Shown here: positions 28,844 to 37,246 of the stretch, piece after piece
Layout of the letters: each line of letters starts with the position of its first letter
Numbering within the stretch: the stretch's first letter is position 1
NCBI GenBank assembly: GCA_965116325.1
Contig: OZ220675.1
Coordinates: 385,138 to 449,137, forward strand
From: Dehalococcoidia bacterium
Lineage (GTDB): Bacteria > Chloroflexota > Dehalococcoidia > Lucifugimonadales > JAGWBF01
Direction: 5' to 3'
DNA: 64,000 bases
Program-made: the position numbers and the translations under genes
The notes under the pieces: model-generated
Seen by the model: only the letters and a program-made list of their open reading frames with translations
Told to the model about the DNA's origin: nothing
Database searches by the model: none

Positions 28844-28872
28844 AATATATCATAGGCCGCCCCCAGGCGCAA
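28844..28872 (-). promoter_or_regulatory. Candidate sigma70-like promoter of the nuo operon
   Basis: On the reverse strand, TTGCGC (28867-28872), a 17-nt spacer and TATATT (28844-28849), about 36 nt upstream of the nuoA ATG, which has an AGGGGAG RBS. Confidence 0.35.
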
Positions 28873-28888
28873 GGAAGCGGGACGCAGC

Positions 28889-30382
28889 CTACACCCCCTT
28901 TGCCAGGGTGTCCAGGGCGCCCCTGATGCGCCGGACGCAGCGCTCCTTGCCAAGCAGCTCCATGGTCTCGAAGAGGGGCGGGGAAGCTGTCCTGCCCGTG
29001 AGCACCATCCGCAGCATGCCGAAGTAGCGGCTGGCAGAGAGCCCCATTTCCGATGCGGCCGCCCGCAGCTCCTCTTCCAGCGCATCGTGGGCAAGCTCCC
29101 CGGCTCGGTCCAGGACATCCAGGGTGCGATTGAAGGCGGTCACGGCCGTCTCAGGCTCTCTCACCCTATCCAGTATCTCCTCGACGCTGGGGTTCACGTT
29201 CTCAATGAAGAAGTAGCTGGCCGTCTCGGCCACGCTCCCCGGGCTGTGCAACCCTCCACCCAGCGTCCTTACCCGCTCCTGCAGCAGGGGGACGAGCTTC
29301 AGCAGGTAGTCGCGGTCCACGGGGAGGCACTCCCGAGGCAGGTCCGTCTCCAGGTAGGGCAAGACCGCGTCGGCCAGCTCCTCGTTGGACATCTGCCGGA
29401 TGTACACGCCGTTCATCCATTGGAGCTTCTCCATGTCGAAGATGGCCGCCGATCGGACGATGCGGTCGGCAGTGAAACCCTGCACCAGCATCCCCCGGGA
29501 CATGACCTCCGTCTTGTCATCCAGGGACCAGCCCAGCAGGGCCATGAAGTTGACAATGGCCTCGGGCAGGAATCCGTCGGACCTGTACTGAAGGGCCGAT
29601 ACGGCGCCGTGTCGCTTGGAGAGCTTGGACCTGTCGGGCCCCAGGATTATGGGCAGGTGGGCAAACAATGGAGGCTGATATCCCAGGGCACTGTAGAGCT
29701 GTATGTGACGGGGGGTGCTGGACAGCCACTCTTCGGCCCGCATCGCATGGCTGATATCCATTAGGTAGTCATCGACAACGTTGGCCAGGTGGTAGGTCGG
29801 ATAACCGTCCGACTTCAACAGGACATGATCGTCCAGCAGGTCGTTCCGCCAAACGACATCGCCCCGTATGATGTCATGAAAGCGGGTCTCTCCCTCCCTG
29901 GCCATCTTGAAACGGACCGTAGGGACGATGCCCTTAGCCTCGGCTTGGCTTCGCTCAGAGGCCGTCAGGTCCCGACAGAGGCCATCGTAGCCTCTTGCGC
30001 CTTTAGATCCCCTCTTGGACCGTCTCAGCTCCTCCAGGCGGTCCGGGGAGCAGTAGCAGAAGTAGGCGCTCCCTTCCTCCACCAGTCGTTGGGCCGTCTC
30101 CTTGTATATGTCCAGCCTCTGCGACTGGAAGTAGGGAGCGTGGGGGCCCCCCACATCGGGGCCCTCGTCCCAGTCCAGTCCCAGCCAGCGCAGCGAGTCC
30201 TGTATCTTCCCCAATGCCCCCACCGAGTAGCGCTTCTGGTCCGTGTCTTCCACTCGCAGGATGAAAGACCCTCCGTGATGACGGGCAAAAAGCCAGTTGA
30301 AGAGGGCGGTGCGCAGGTTGCCTATGTGGGGGTCCCCCGTGGGACTGGGTGCGAATCGCACCCTTACGCCGCTTCCAGGCAC
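28889..30382 (-). CDS. gltX: Glutamate--tRNA ligase
   Basis: Carries RFAPSPTGDPHIGNLRTALFN (HIGH) and KLSKRHG (KMSKS). Confidence 0.95.
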   Translation of the reverse strand: MPGSGVRVRFAPSPTGDPHIGNLRTALFNWLFARHHGGSFILRVEDTDQKRYSVGALGKIQDSLRWLGLDWDEGPDVGGPHAPYFQSQRLDIYKETAQRLVEEGSAYFCYCSPDRLEELRRSKRGSKGARGYDGLCRDLTASERSQAEAKGIVPTVRFKMAREGETRFHDIIRGDVVWRNDLLDDHVLLKSDGYPTYHLANVVDDYLMDISHAMRAEEWLSSTPRHIQLYSALGYQPPLFAHLPIILGPDRSKLSKRHGAVSALQYRSDGFLPEAIVNFMALLGWSLDDKTEVMSRGMLVQGFTADRIVRSAAIFDMEKLQWMNGVYIRQMSNEELADAVLPYLETDLPRECLPVDRDYLLKLVPLLQERVRTLGGGLHSPGSVAETASYFFIENVNPSVEEILDRVREPETAVTAFNRTLDVLDRAGELAHDALEEELRAAASEMGLSASRYFGMLRMVLTGRTASPPLFETMELLGKERCVRRIRGALDTLAKGV

Positions 30383-31269
30383 CTTATCACCTCATTCATA
30401 TCCTCGGGCAAGGGTGCGGTGAAGGTCATCTTCTCGCCGGTGCTGGGGTGCGCAAAGCCGAGGCTGTAAGCATGGAGGAACTGCCTCGGAAGCAGAGGGC
30501 TCTTCTTACCATAGAGCTCATCTCCCAACAGGGGATGTCCGATGGCTGCGAAGTGCACGCGTATCTGGTGGGTCCGACCCGTCAGGGGAAACACGTTCAG
30601 CAGGGAGCATCCGCCGATGGTACGCATTACCTCGTAGCCGGTTATCGATTCCCGGCCCCCTTCCACCACCGCCATGCGCTTGCGATTGGCCCGGTCTCTG
30701 CCTATTGGGTACCGCAGGGCCCCAGTGGCGGGGAAAACCTCACCCACGGCCAGGGCCCGGTAGGTTTTGGACATGCTCCTGGTGGCAAGCTGCCTGGCCA
30801 GGTGGTGGTGGGCCGCCGTGGTCTTGGCCGCCACCATCACGCCGGAGGTGTCCTTGTCCAAGCGGTGTACGATCCCCGGCCGGACGGTGTCACCGATCCC
30901 CGCGATGTCCGGGCATATGGCCAGCAAAGCGTTAACCAGCGTCCCAGTCGGATGCCCCGGGCCGGGATGGACAGAGAGGCCCGCCGGCTTGTCAACCACA
31001 GCTAGGTCCGCGTCCTGGTAGAGTATGTTGACAGCGATGTTTTCGGGCTGGAGGTCCGCTGGCTGGGGCTCGGGAAGGCTGACCTGTACCTGATCCCCTG
31101 CCTTGAGCTTCTGCCCCGGTTTGGACGCGGTGCCGTTCACCAGCACATAGCCATTCCCGATCAGATGACGGACCTGGGATCTAGTCAGCGCCGGCCTCTG
31201 GGAGACCAGGTAGATGTCCAGCCTCTCCTGACGGGATGGGACCTCCAATGCAAAAGCCTCCGAGTTCAT
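30364..31269 (-). CDS. rluD: RluA-family 23S rRNA pseudouridine synthase (RluD-like, S4 domain + catalytic domain)
   Basis: Carries RLDIYL.. (S4-like) and HRLDKDTSGVMV (catalytic Asp). The start was set at the ATG at 31269, which forms an ATGA overlap with the lspA stop. Confidence 0.9.
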   Translation of the reverse strand: MNSEAFALEVPSRQERLDIYLVSQRPALTRSQVRHLIGNGYVLVNGTASKPGQKLKAGDQVQVSLPEPQPADLQPENIAVNILYQDADLAVVDKPAGLSVHPGPGHPTGTLVNALLAICPDIAGIGDTVRPGIVHRLDKDTSGVMVAAKTTAAHHHLARQLATRSMSKTYRALAVGEVFPATGALRYPIGRDRANRKRMAVVEGGRESITGYEVMRTIGGCSLLNVFPLTGRTHQIRVHFAAIGHPLLGDELYGKKSPLLPRQFLHAYSLGFAHPSTGEKMTFTAPLPEDMNEVIRCLEAA

Positions 31270-31934
31270 CGGGACCCTCGGTCTCCGTAGGTCACACCGC
31301 ACCCCGGGCACAACCATGCCCCTCCGGTGTAGACGATCTCAGTGGAACACAGAGAGCACCCCATCTGTTGTCCCGGCCTCCGGGAAGCATAATCGACTCC
31401 TGCGTCTCCCCCCCGAAGGGGCAAGACTGCTCCATCCGAGCCGATAGGCAGCGCCTGGCCGGCGCTCTCCCGCTTGCTGGGGGACAGAATCAGGAACAGC
31501 AGCAGAAGGATTCCCACCACTATGGATGCGTCCGCTACGTTGAAGATGGGCCATGGCCCAACATCGATGAAGTCCGTGACTGCACCCAACCTTATCCTGT
31601 CCACCAAGTTGCCCAAGGCCCCCCCAAGCTGCAGGCCCAAGCTGAGGCGAAGCAGGGGACTGGACAGGGCGTGGCTGCGATACAGGAAGAAGAGGATTCC
31701 TATGGCAACAAAGGAAGCCAGCACCAGCGCCATGGTCTGATCGGGAAAAAGCCCGAAGGCCCCTCCGGTATTGTGAGTCAGGGTAATCCGGAAGAAACCA
31801 TCGTAGGGCACCGACTGGCCAAAGTAGAGGCGGTTGGCGACTATAGCCTTGGTTACCTGGTCCAAGCTGAAGGCCGAACTGGCAGCCAGAACAAAGAAGG
31901 GGTCTTTCGCCCAGGACACCCAACCTGGATTCAA
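31266..31934 (-). CDS. lspA: Lipoprotein signal peptidase II with a C-terminal CxxC...CxxC tail
   Basis: Carries NTGGAFG, GGALGNLVDR and FNVADASI. The start is uncertain (TTG at 31934 or GTG at 31919); the long ORF to 32138 overlaps the upstream gene. Confidence 0.85.
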   Translation of the reverse strand: MNPGWVSWAKDPFFVLAASSAFSLDQVTKAIVANRLYFGQSVPYDGFFRITLTHNTGGAFGLFPDQTMALVLASFVAIGILFFLYRSHALSSPLLRLSLGLQLGGALGNLVDRIRLGAVTDFIDVGPWPIFNVADASIVVGILLLLFLILSPSKRESAGQALPIGSDGAVLPLRGGDAGVDYASRRPGQQMGCSLCSTEIVYTGGAWLCPGCGVTYGDRGSR

Positions 31935-31983
31935 GGGCGGCTCCTTGAGAAACCGGGAGGCGTAAATAGGGGGACTCGCAAGC

Positions 31984-32631
31984 CTAGCCGACCAAGTGAG
32001 GAGCAAGAAATCGGGCAACCTCGTCGGCGGCGCTGCTCTCAAGGCCGACCCACACATGGTTAGCTCCTGGAATGATCTTGAGCTGGGCGCCCTCCAGCTT
32101 CGCAGGCACCGCTTCCCCCAGAGCCTCGCTATCCACAACCTGGTCCCTGTCGCCGCTGACCACCAGCTTGGGCACCCCGGGCTTACTTTCCTTCAGGCCC
32201 TCAAAGGCTCTTAGCGGAGGCGAAACCAGGGCCATGGCCCTGATGCGCCCGTACTTCCCCAGCCCCGCCAGGGACACCACGGCGCCGAAGGAGTACCCAA
32301 CGAGGCCCAGCCGTTTGCCGTTGACGCCGGGAAGCTTGCCCATCACCTGCAGGGCGGCGGCCGCATCGTCCTTTTCCCCTTCACCCTCGTCGTATGTCCC
32401 CTCGCTCTTTCCCACCCCTCGAAAGTTGAACCTCAAGGTCGAGATGCCATGCTCCAGCAGGGAATGGGACACGGCCAGCACCACAGCATTGTCCATGGTG
32501 CCTCCCATGAGGGGATGGGGGTGACACAGGACGACCCCAGGGCATGCAGTCGCTGCATCGCCTGGAGATGCAAGGACACCCTCCAAGGTGAGGTTGCCGG
32601 ACCGGAATGAAAGCGCTGTCTGTCGCATCAC
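31984..32631 (-). CDS. Alpha/beta hydrolase (dienelactone-hydrolase-like, about 215 aa)
   Basis: Carries HPHPLMGGTMDN and the nucleophile elbow GYSFGA. The compact hydrolase fold pattern fits. Confidence 0.8.
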   Translation of the reverse strand: MMRQTALSFRSGNLTLEGVLASPGDAATACPGVVLCHPHPLMGGTMDNAVVLAVSHSLLEHGISTLRFNFRGVGKSEGTYDEGEGEKDDAAAALQVMGKLPGVNGKRLGLVGYSFGAVVSLAGLGKYGRIRAMALVSPPLRAFEGLKESKPGVPKLVVSGDRDQVVDSEALGEAVPAKLEGAQLKIIPGANHVWVGLESSAADEVARFLAPHLVG

Positions 32632-32730
32632 TTACTTGGCTGACGCCAGACTCATCATACTAGATTTCGCCCTAGTGTTTGGCAAGAAGTGTTGCTAGAA
32701 TATTGCCCAATCCACGCCCCGGAGGCCCAA

Positions 32731-33789
32731 ATGCCTGTCATCGATCTGCGAAGCGACACCGTCACCAAGCCCACTGAAGAGATGAGGGCCGCCATGGCCA
32801 AGGCTGAGGTCGGCGACGACGTTATGGGTGAGGACCCCACCGTCAACCGGCTGGAGCAAATGGCGGCGGAGGTGCTGGGCAAGGAGGCAGGCCTGCTGAC
32901 CTCTAGCGGCACCATGAGCAACCTGATCGCCGCCCTGTCCCACTGCAGGCGGGGCGATGAGGTGATCATGGGGAGCGAGGGCCACATGTTCTGGAACGAG
33001 GTGGGTGGGGCTGCCACACTGGCGGCGGTGCAGGTGCGGACCGTGCCCAACGATTTCCAGGGTCGCATGGACCCGGCGGATGTGGAAGCATCCATCAGGC
33101 CCCCCGGCAATATCCATTTCCCCAGGACATCACTCCTCTGCCTGGAGAACACCCACAACCGGTGCAACGGCGGAGTTCTCACTCCTGAAGACACCCGAAG
33201 CGTGTGCGAGGTCGCCCACGCCAACGGCGTGGCGGTCCACCTGGACGGCGCCCGGGTGTTCAACGCGGCAATAGCCCTTGAGGTGCCCGCCAAGGACCTG
33301 GTGGCCGACGTTGACGATGTGTCATTCTGCCTCTCCAAGGGACTTAGCGCTCCGGTGGGCTCCGTCCTGTGCGGCAGCCAGGAGTTCGTGGAGCAGGCCC
33401 GCAAGTGGCGCAAGATGCTGGGCGGCGGGATGCGCCAAGCCGGCGTTATTGCCGCAGCCGGGGTCGTTGCCTTGGAAACGATGGTTGAACGCTTGGCGGA
33501 GGACCATTCCAATGCCAGCCGACTGGCTTCGGGCCTGTCCCAGGTGCCGGGCATACGCCTTGACCCGGCATCTTTCCACACCAACATCGTCTTCCTGGAG
33601 CTAGAACCTGAGCTGGGAAGCGTTCCCGAGTTCATATCCCGCTTGAACCAGCAAGGACTCAAGGTGTCTTATCCAGGAGGACGCCGTATACGGCTGGTGA
33701 CTCACCGGCACATAAGCCCCGGTGATGTGGACCAAGCCATCGACATCGTCGCCCAGGTTGCCAAGGAGCAGCGGGGCCCGGCGGCCTAA
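32731..33789 (+). CDS. ltaE: Low-specificity L-threonine aldolase
   Basis: Carries IDLRSDTVTKPT, GTMSNL and the SFCLSKGLSAPVGS PLP-lysine motif. GGAGG lies 5 nt upstream of the ATG at 32731. Confidence 0.9.
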   Translation: MPVIDLRSDTVTKPTEEMRAAMAKAEVGDDVMGEDPTVNRLEQMAAEVLGKEAGLLTSSGTMSNLIAALSHCRRGDEVIMGSEGHMFWNEVGGAATLAAVQVRTVPNDFQGRMDPADVEASIRPPGNIHFPRTSLLCLENTHNRCNGGVLTPEDTRSVCEVAHANGVAVHLDGARVFNAAIALEVPAKDLVADVDDVSFCLSKGLSAPVGSVLCGSQEFVEQARKWRKMLGGGMRQAGVIAAAGVVALETMVERLAEDHSNASRLASGLSQVPGIRLDPASFHTNIVFLELEPELGSVPEFISRLNQQGLKVSYPGGRRIRLVTHRHISPGDVDQAIDIVAQVAKEQRGPAA

Positions 33790-33915
33790 CAGAGGCTCCC
33801 ACCACGTCCGCGCTTCAGGGATGGCCATTTGTGCGCATGGGAGCGGGATGGCTTATAATACGGGGCGTTCGCTCAGCGGACCGATCTTCATAGACATGAT
33901 TCGGGAGGAGGCAGC

Positions 33916-34233
33916 ATGCCCGCAGACTTCGTGAAGGTGGCCCAGACTTCTGACCTGGCTCCGGGGCAGATGAAGCAGGTGCAGGCCGGCGACGAGCTGA
34001 TACTGCTAATCAACCTCGACGGGGAATACTACGCCATGGACGACATCTGCTCCCATGCGTACGCCCCCCTGACCCAGGGCGACCTGAACGGCGAAGAGGT
34101 GGAGTGCCCCCTGCATGGCAGCGCCTTCAATGTGAAGACCGGGGAAGTGCTGTGTCCCCCCGCCAACCAGTCCCTGGAGACATTTGCGGTTAGGATTGAA
34201 GGGGACGACATCCTGATCGGTCCCAAGAGCTAG
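33916..34233 (+). CDS. Rieske [2Fe-2S] ferredoxin-type protein
   Basis: Carries the Rieske ligand motifs CSHAY...(17 aa)...CPLHGSAF. Confidence 0.9.
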   Translation: MPADFVKVAQTSDLAPGQMKQVQAGDELILLINLDGEYYAMDDICSHAYAPLTQGDLNGEEVECPLHGSAFNVKTGEVLCPPANQSLETFAVRIEGDDILIGPKS

Positions 34234-34282
34234 GTGCTGGGGGCGGGAAACCGTTCCCCAAGATGGGCCGATTATGTGGCAG

Positions 34283-35020
34283 TTACCGGCCCCTGGTATC
34301 TCCCCACAGGTAGATGTGCAGGCGGGGGCTGAACCTCAGGTTCTCGTTCACGCAAAGCTGGCTGAGCCACGCGCTCCGCTCCTGGAGCACTGACGGGGTT
34401 CGACCCTCGGGCGAGAGGAGCACCCGCTCCCTGGGAATGGCCAGTTCTTCGACTAGCCTGCGCACCTCTTCCATGTCGGACTCTCTCGTAACCACGAACT
34501 TGAAGAAGGCCTGCGGCATGGCAGCGAAGGTCCTTAATGCCCCCGGAACGTAGCGCTTCTCCAGGGTGTTTCCCGACGTTGCCAGCTTGGGGGAGACGTT
34601 CCATTGGTCGATGTACGTGGCCATCTCAGTCGTTGGTGCAATGGTGCCGTTGGTCTCAACCTCGAAGGTGAACCCCCGGCGTTTTAAGGAGCCAATCAGT
34701 CCAGCCATCTGCTCTTGCTGCATCAATGGCTCGCCCCCGGTGACCACCATATGGGAACAGCCGTAACGCAGCACCTCGCGCTCCACATCCTCAGCGGAAA
34801 TATCCACCACCTCTTTGTCGTAGTCGTAGTTCTTCCAGTCCCACGTGTACTTGGTGTCGCACCAGGTGCAGGCCAGGTTGCACTGGGCCAAGCGCAGAAA
34901 CACTGCAGGAATCCCGGCCAAGGTGCCCTCGCCCTGGAGGGTGTGGAAAATCTCCGGCCTTCCGTCGGCCCCGCGGCTTACTTTGAGGGACGTGGTCGAG
35001 TTTCGGACATCTGCATTCAT
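34283..35020 (-). CDS. queE: 7-carboxy-7-deazaguanine synthase (radical SAM)
   Basis: Carries QGEG..AG.P.VFLRLAQCNLACTWCDTKYTW, with operon context alongside queC/D/F. Confidence 0.9.
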   Translation of the reverse strand: MNADVRNSTTSLKVSRGADGRPEIFHTLQGEGTLAGIPAVFLRLAQCNLACTWCDTKYTWDWKNYDYDKEVVDISAEDVEREVLRYGCSHMVVTGGEPLMQQEQMAGLIGSLKRRGFTFEVETNGTIAPTTEMATYIDQWNVSPKLATSGNTLEKRYVPGALRTFAAMPQAFFKFVVTRESDMEEVRRLVEELAIPRERVLLSPEGRTPSVLQERSAWLSQLCVNENLRFSPRLHIYLWGDTRGR

Positions 35021-35766
35021 TCCGACCCGCCCTTCAGCCTGACCAGCAGGGGGTCGGGATACCCCGCCTCTTCAAAGCCCTTGGCCCGCAGGATGCAGCT
35101 GTCGCAGGAACCGCAGGGCTCAGAACCTCCCTGGTAGCAGCTCCAGGTGTTGGCGAGGGGAGCGTCCAGCTCCATGGCCCACTGGACAATCTCCGCCTTT
35201 GACATGTGGATGATGGGCGTCTCGATTTCCATGGGGACGCTGTACTCACTCCACAGCTTGCTCCCGTATTTCAGGACCTCCTTCATTTTCTCGAAGAACT
35301 CGGGCCGGCAATCGGGATACCCGCTGTAGTCGATGGCGTTGGGGGCCATAAAGAGAGTGGCCTGCAGCTCATCGGCCATAACCTTCTCTTGCTCTATGGC
35401 CCACAGCGCCTGGCTCTCCAGGTAGGCCGCCCCAACGGTGATGAAGTAGGTGTTGCGCAGGGGCACGTAGGAGCTGGGAATGGACTGGCCCATCAGACTG
35501 GCATCCCGCTCTTCGGGCAGGGAGACTACGTCCGGGCTGGTCAGGGCCGAGTACCAAGCGACCTTCCCGAAGGAGGACACATCCACCAGCTCATGGCGGA
35601 TGCCCAGGGATGCGCTGACCTGGCGGGCGCTGTCCAGCTCGGTGCTGTGGGTCTGGCCGTAGTAGAAGGTGAGGGCACTCAACCGGTCAGTCCTGCCTTT
35701 GGCAAAAGCAGAGACAGTGGTGGAGTCCAGCCCGCCGGAGAGGAGGGTGACGCCAATGCTGACCAT
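35017..35766 (-). CDS. queC: 7-cyano-7-deazaguanine synthase
   Basis: Carries the LLSGGLDSTT PP-loop and the C-terminal Zn motif CYQG...CGSCDSC. Confidence 0.93.
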   Translation of the reverse strand: MVSIGVTLLSGGLDSTTVSAFAKGRTDRLSALTFYYGQTHSTELDSARQVSASLGIRHELVDVSSFGKVAWYSALTSPDVVSLPEERDASLMGQSIPSSYVPLRNTYFITVGAAYLESQALWAIEQEKVMADELQATLFMAPNAIDYSGYPDCRPEFFEKMKEVLKYGSKLWSEYSVPMEIETPIIHMSKAEIVQWAMELDAPLANTWSCYQGGSEPCGSCDSCILRAKGFEEAGYPDPLLVRLKGGSE

Positions 35767-36194
35767 TAGGGAGCCGATCGATATTCAGCGTATTGCGTGG
35801 GGGACTCCCACATTCGGACCGCTGCCGGCTCGATTCCACAAAGCTCCCTGGTCTTGTGGTATATCTCCCGGGCCATCACTTCAGCCGATGGGTTTACCCC
35901 GTCGAAAAGGTACAGAAACTGCTCCTTGACTCCCTTCAGGGCTTCGAGAAGCTCTCCGTCCCCGCTGTTCAACAAGAAGGCGTGGTCCCAGTTCATCTCT
36001 ATCCAGGCGGACACCTTCCGCTTCAGCTCACTGAAATCCACGACGAATCCGACGCTGTCCAGGGCATTGGAGGATACGAAGATTTCGACCTTGTAGTTGT
36101 GGCCGTGGGGGTGGATGCACTTGCCGTCGTGGTCCAGGAGCCGGTGGCCGGCGGAGAACTCCAGCTCCACCCGCACCTGGAAGTCATCCTTCAT
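35766..36194 (-). CDS. queD: 6-carboxy-5,6,7,8-tetrahydropterin synthase
   Basis: Carries FSAGHRL....KC...HGHNY. Confidence 0.9.
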   Translation of the reverse strand: MKDDFQVRVELEFSAGHRLLDHDGKCIHPHGHNYKVEIFVSSNALDSVGFVVDFSELKRKVSAWIEMNWDHAFLLNSGDGELLEALKGVKEQFLYLFDGVNPSAEVMAREIYHKTRELCGIEPAAVRMWESPTQYAEYRSAP

Positions 36195-36652
36195 GGTCGC
36201 TGCTCGGTGAGCGCCCTCTCGCGAGGCAGACCCTCAGCCGGATACCTGGCAGTAACGGTTGTGTGCAGACCGCCCCGGACCTTGTAGTCCAGGACTACCT
36301 CCATCCGATGGGGTTTGCAGGCGCCCACCAGGTCGTCCAGAATGCGGTTTGCGGCGCTTTCCTGAACAATGCCCACGTCCCTGTAGGAAAGCAAGTAGTA
36401 CTTGAGGGACTTGAGCTCGATACATAGCTTGTGAGGCTCATAGGTGATGCTCAGGGTCCCGTAGTCCGGGAGGCCCGTCCAGGGACACACGGCGGTGAAT
36501 TCGTCGGTCTCTATATGGACCTCGGAGTCTCCGCAAGAAGGCTCGTAGTCGAAGGACATCAGGATTGCGCTGTCGATGGACGCCTCGGGCCCTCCCTCGA
36601 TGCGCCGATCCAGGTTCTCGTAGCGATCTTTCAGCGATGCTATAGATGCCAT
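36191..36652 (-). CDS. queF: NADPH-dependent 7-cyano-7-deazaguanine reductase (type I)
   Basis: Carries EFTAVCPWTGLPDYGTLSITY and SLKYYLLSYR. Confidence 0.9.
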   Translation of the reverse strand: MASIASLKDRYENLDRRIEGGPEASIDSAILMSFDYEPSCGDSEVHIETDEFTAVCPWTGLPDYGTLSITYEPHKLCIELKSLKYYLLSYRDVGIVQESAANRILDDLVGACKPHRMEVVLDYKVRGGLHTTVTARYPAEGLPRERALTEQRP

Positions 36653-36716
36653 GTCTGTAACTTATCCCCTGTCTGCCGGGATATGCACTCCGGATGGCAG
36701 ACGAGTGGCTTATTCA

Positions 36717-36745
36717 ATGATAGGTTAAGGCCCAATAGGTGTCAA
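36717..36745 (-). promoter_or_regulatory. Sigma70-like promoter of the queFDCE operon
   Basis: On the reverse strand, TTGACA (36740-36745), a 17-nt spacer and TATCAT (36717-36722), with a leader of about 60 nt. Confidence 0.5.
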
Positions 36746-37245
36746 AACCCACGGACGGCCCCCTCCTCTCTCCTTGTCATTCCTATAGTGCTGGGGTATC
36801 CTTGTTGTATCTGCCAGGTACGGGAGGGCCCTTGGCCCACGCAGGGGAAGAGGCGTTGAAAGACCAGTCCACAACAGACAAACTCGCCGGCGCCGAGCTG
36901 CTCGAATCCCCAGCAGAACTGGAAGAGATACAGGTGCTGCTGAAAGAGGCGGTCGCTTCGGAGCCTTCCCTTCGACTGCTGCCCAAGTTCGCTATGGCGC
37001 GAGCCGGAAACCCCGACTTCCACCGGGTCTACTTCGCCATCCATTGCACATGTGGGACTGCGGGCCTCGTCTGCGTCGAAACAGCCAAGTCCAAGACCCT
37101 GCCCCAGGTTGAGAATGCTCTGCCTACCCTCGCACAGCACCTGTTGAGCAGGGCAAGGCAGTTTGCCAGCATGCCCTGCTCAATGCACACAAGCATGCGC
37201 TCTATGGGCATCCAGGCTTCGAAGCAAGCTGGTGAGGGGAGCTGA
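36739..37245 (+). CDS. Hypothetical Cys-containing protein, start uncertain, stop 1 nt before the FTR-like gene
   Basis: The open frame ends at TGA 37243-37245 and the next ATG is at 37247. I recognise no family. In-frame TTG candidates lie at 36832 and 36856. An antisense ORF of similar length exists. Confidence 0.35.
   Translation: MSKPTDGPLLSPCHSYSAGVSLLYLPGTGGPLAHAGEEALKDQSTTDKLAGAELLESPAELEEIQVLLKEAVASEPSLRLLPKFAMARAGNPDFHRVYFAIHCTCGTAGLVCVETAKSKTLPQVENALPTLAQHLLSRARQFASMPCSMHTSMRSMGIQASKQAGEGS
36775..36803 (+). promoter_or_regulatory. Possible promoter for the selenoprotein operon
   Basis: TTGTCA (36775-36780), a 17-nt spacer and TATCCT (36798-36803). The -10 is weak. If it is real, the ORF start at 36739 is not used. 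Confidence 0.2.
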
Positions 37246-37246
37246 T

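Noticed and set aside
31935-32138. Long N-terminal extension of the lspA ORF (start at 32138)
   Set aside because: It overlaps the 3' end of the upstream alpha/beta-hydrolase gene by about 150 nt and is Arg/Ser/Pro-rich. The LspA homology begins near the TTG at 31934 or the GTG at 31919.
36742-37140. 132-aa minus-strand ORF upstream of the FTR-like gene
   Set aside because: It mirrors the plus-strand hypothetical ORF. I favour the plus-strand frame only because its stop abuts the FTR start (1-nt spacer). Neither frame has family support, so confidence in either is low.
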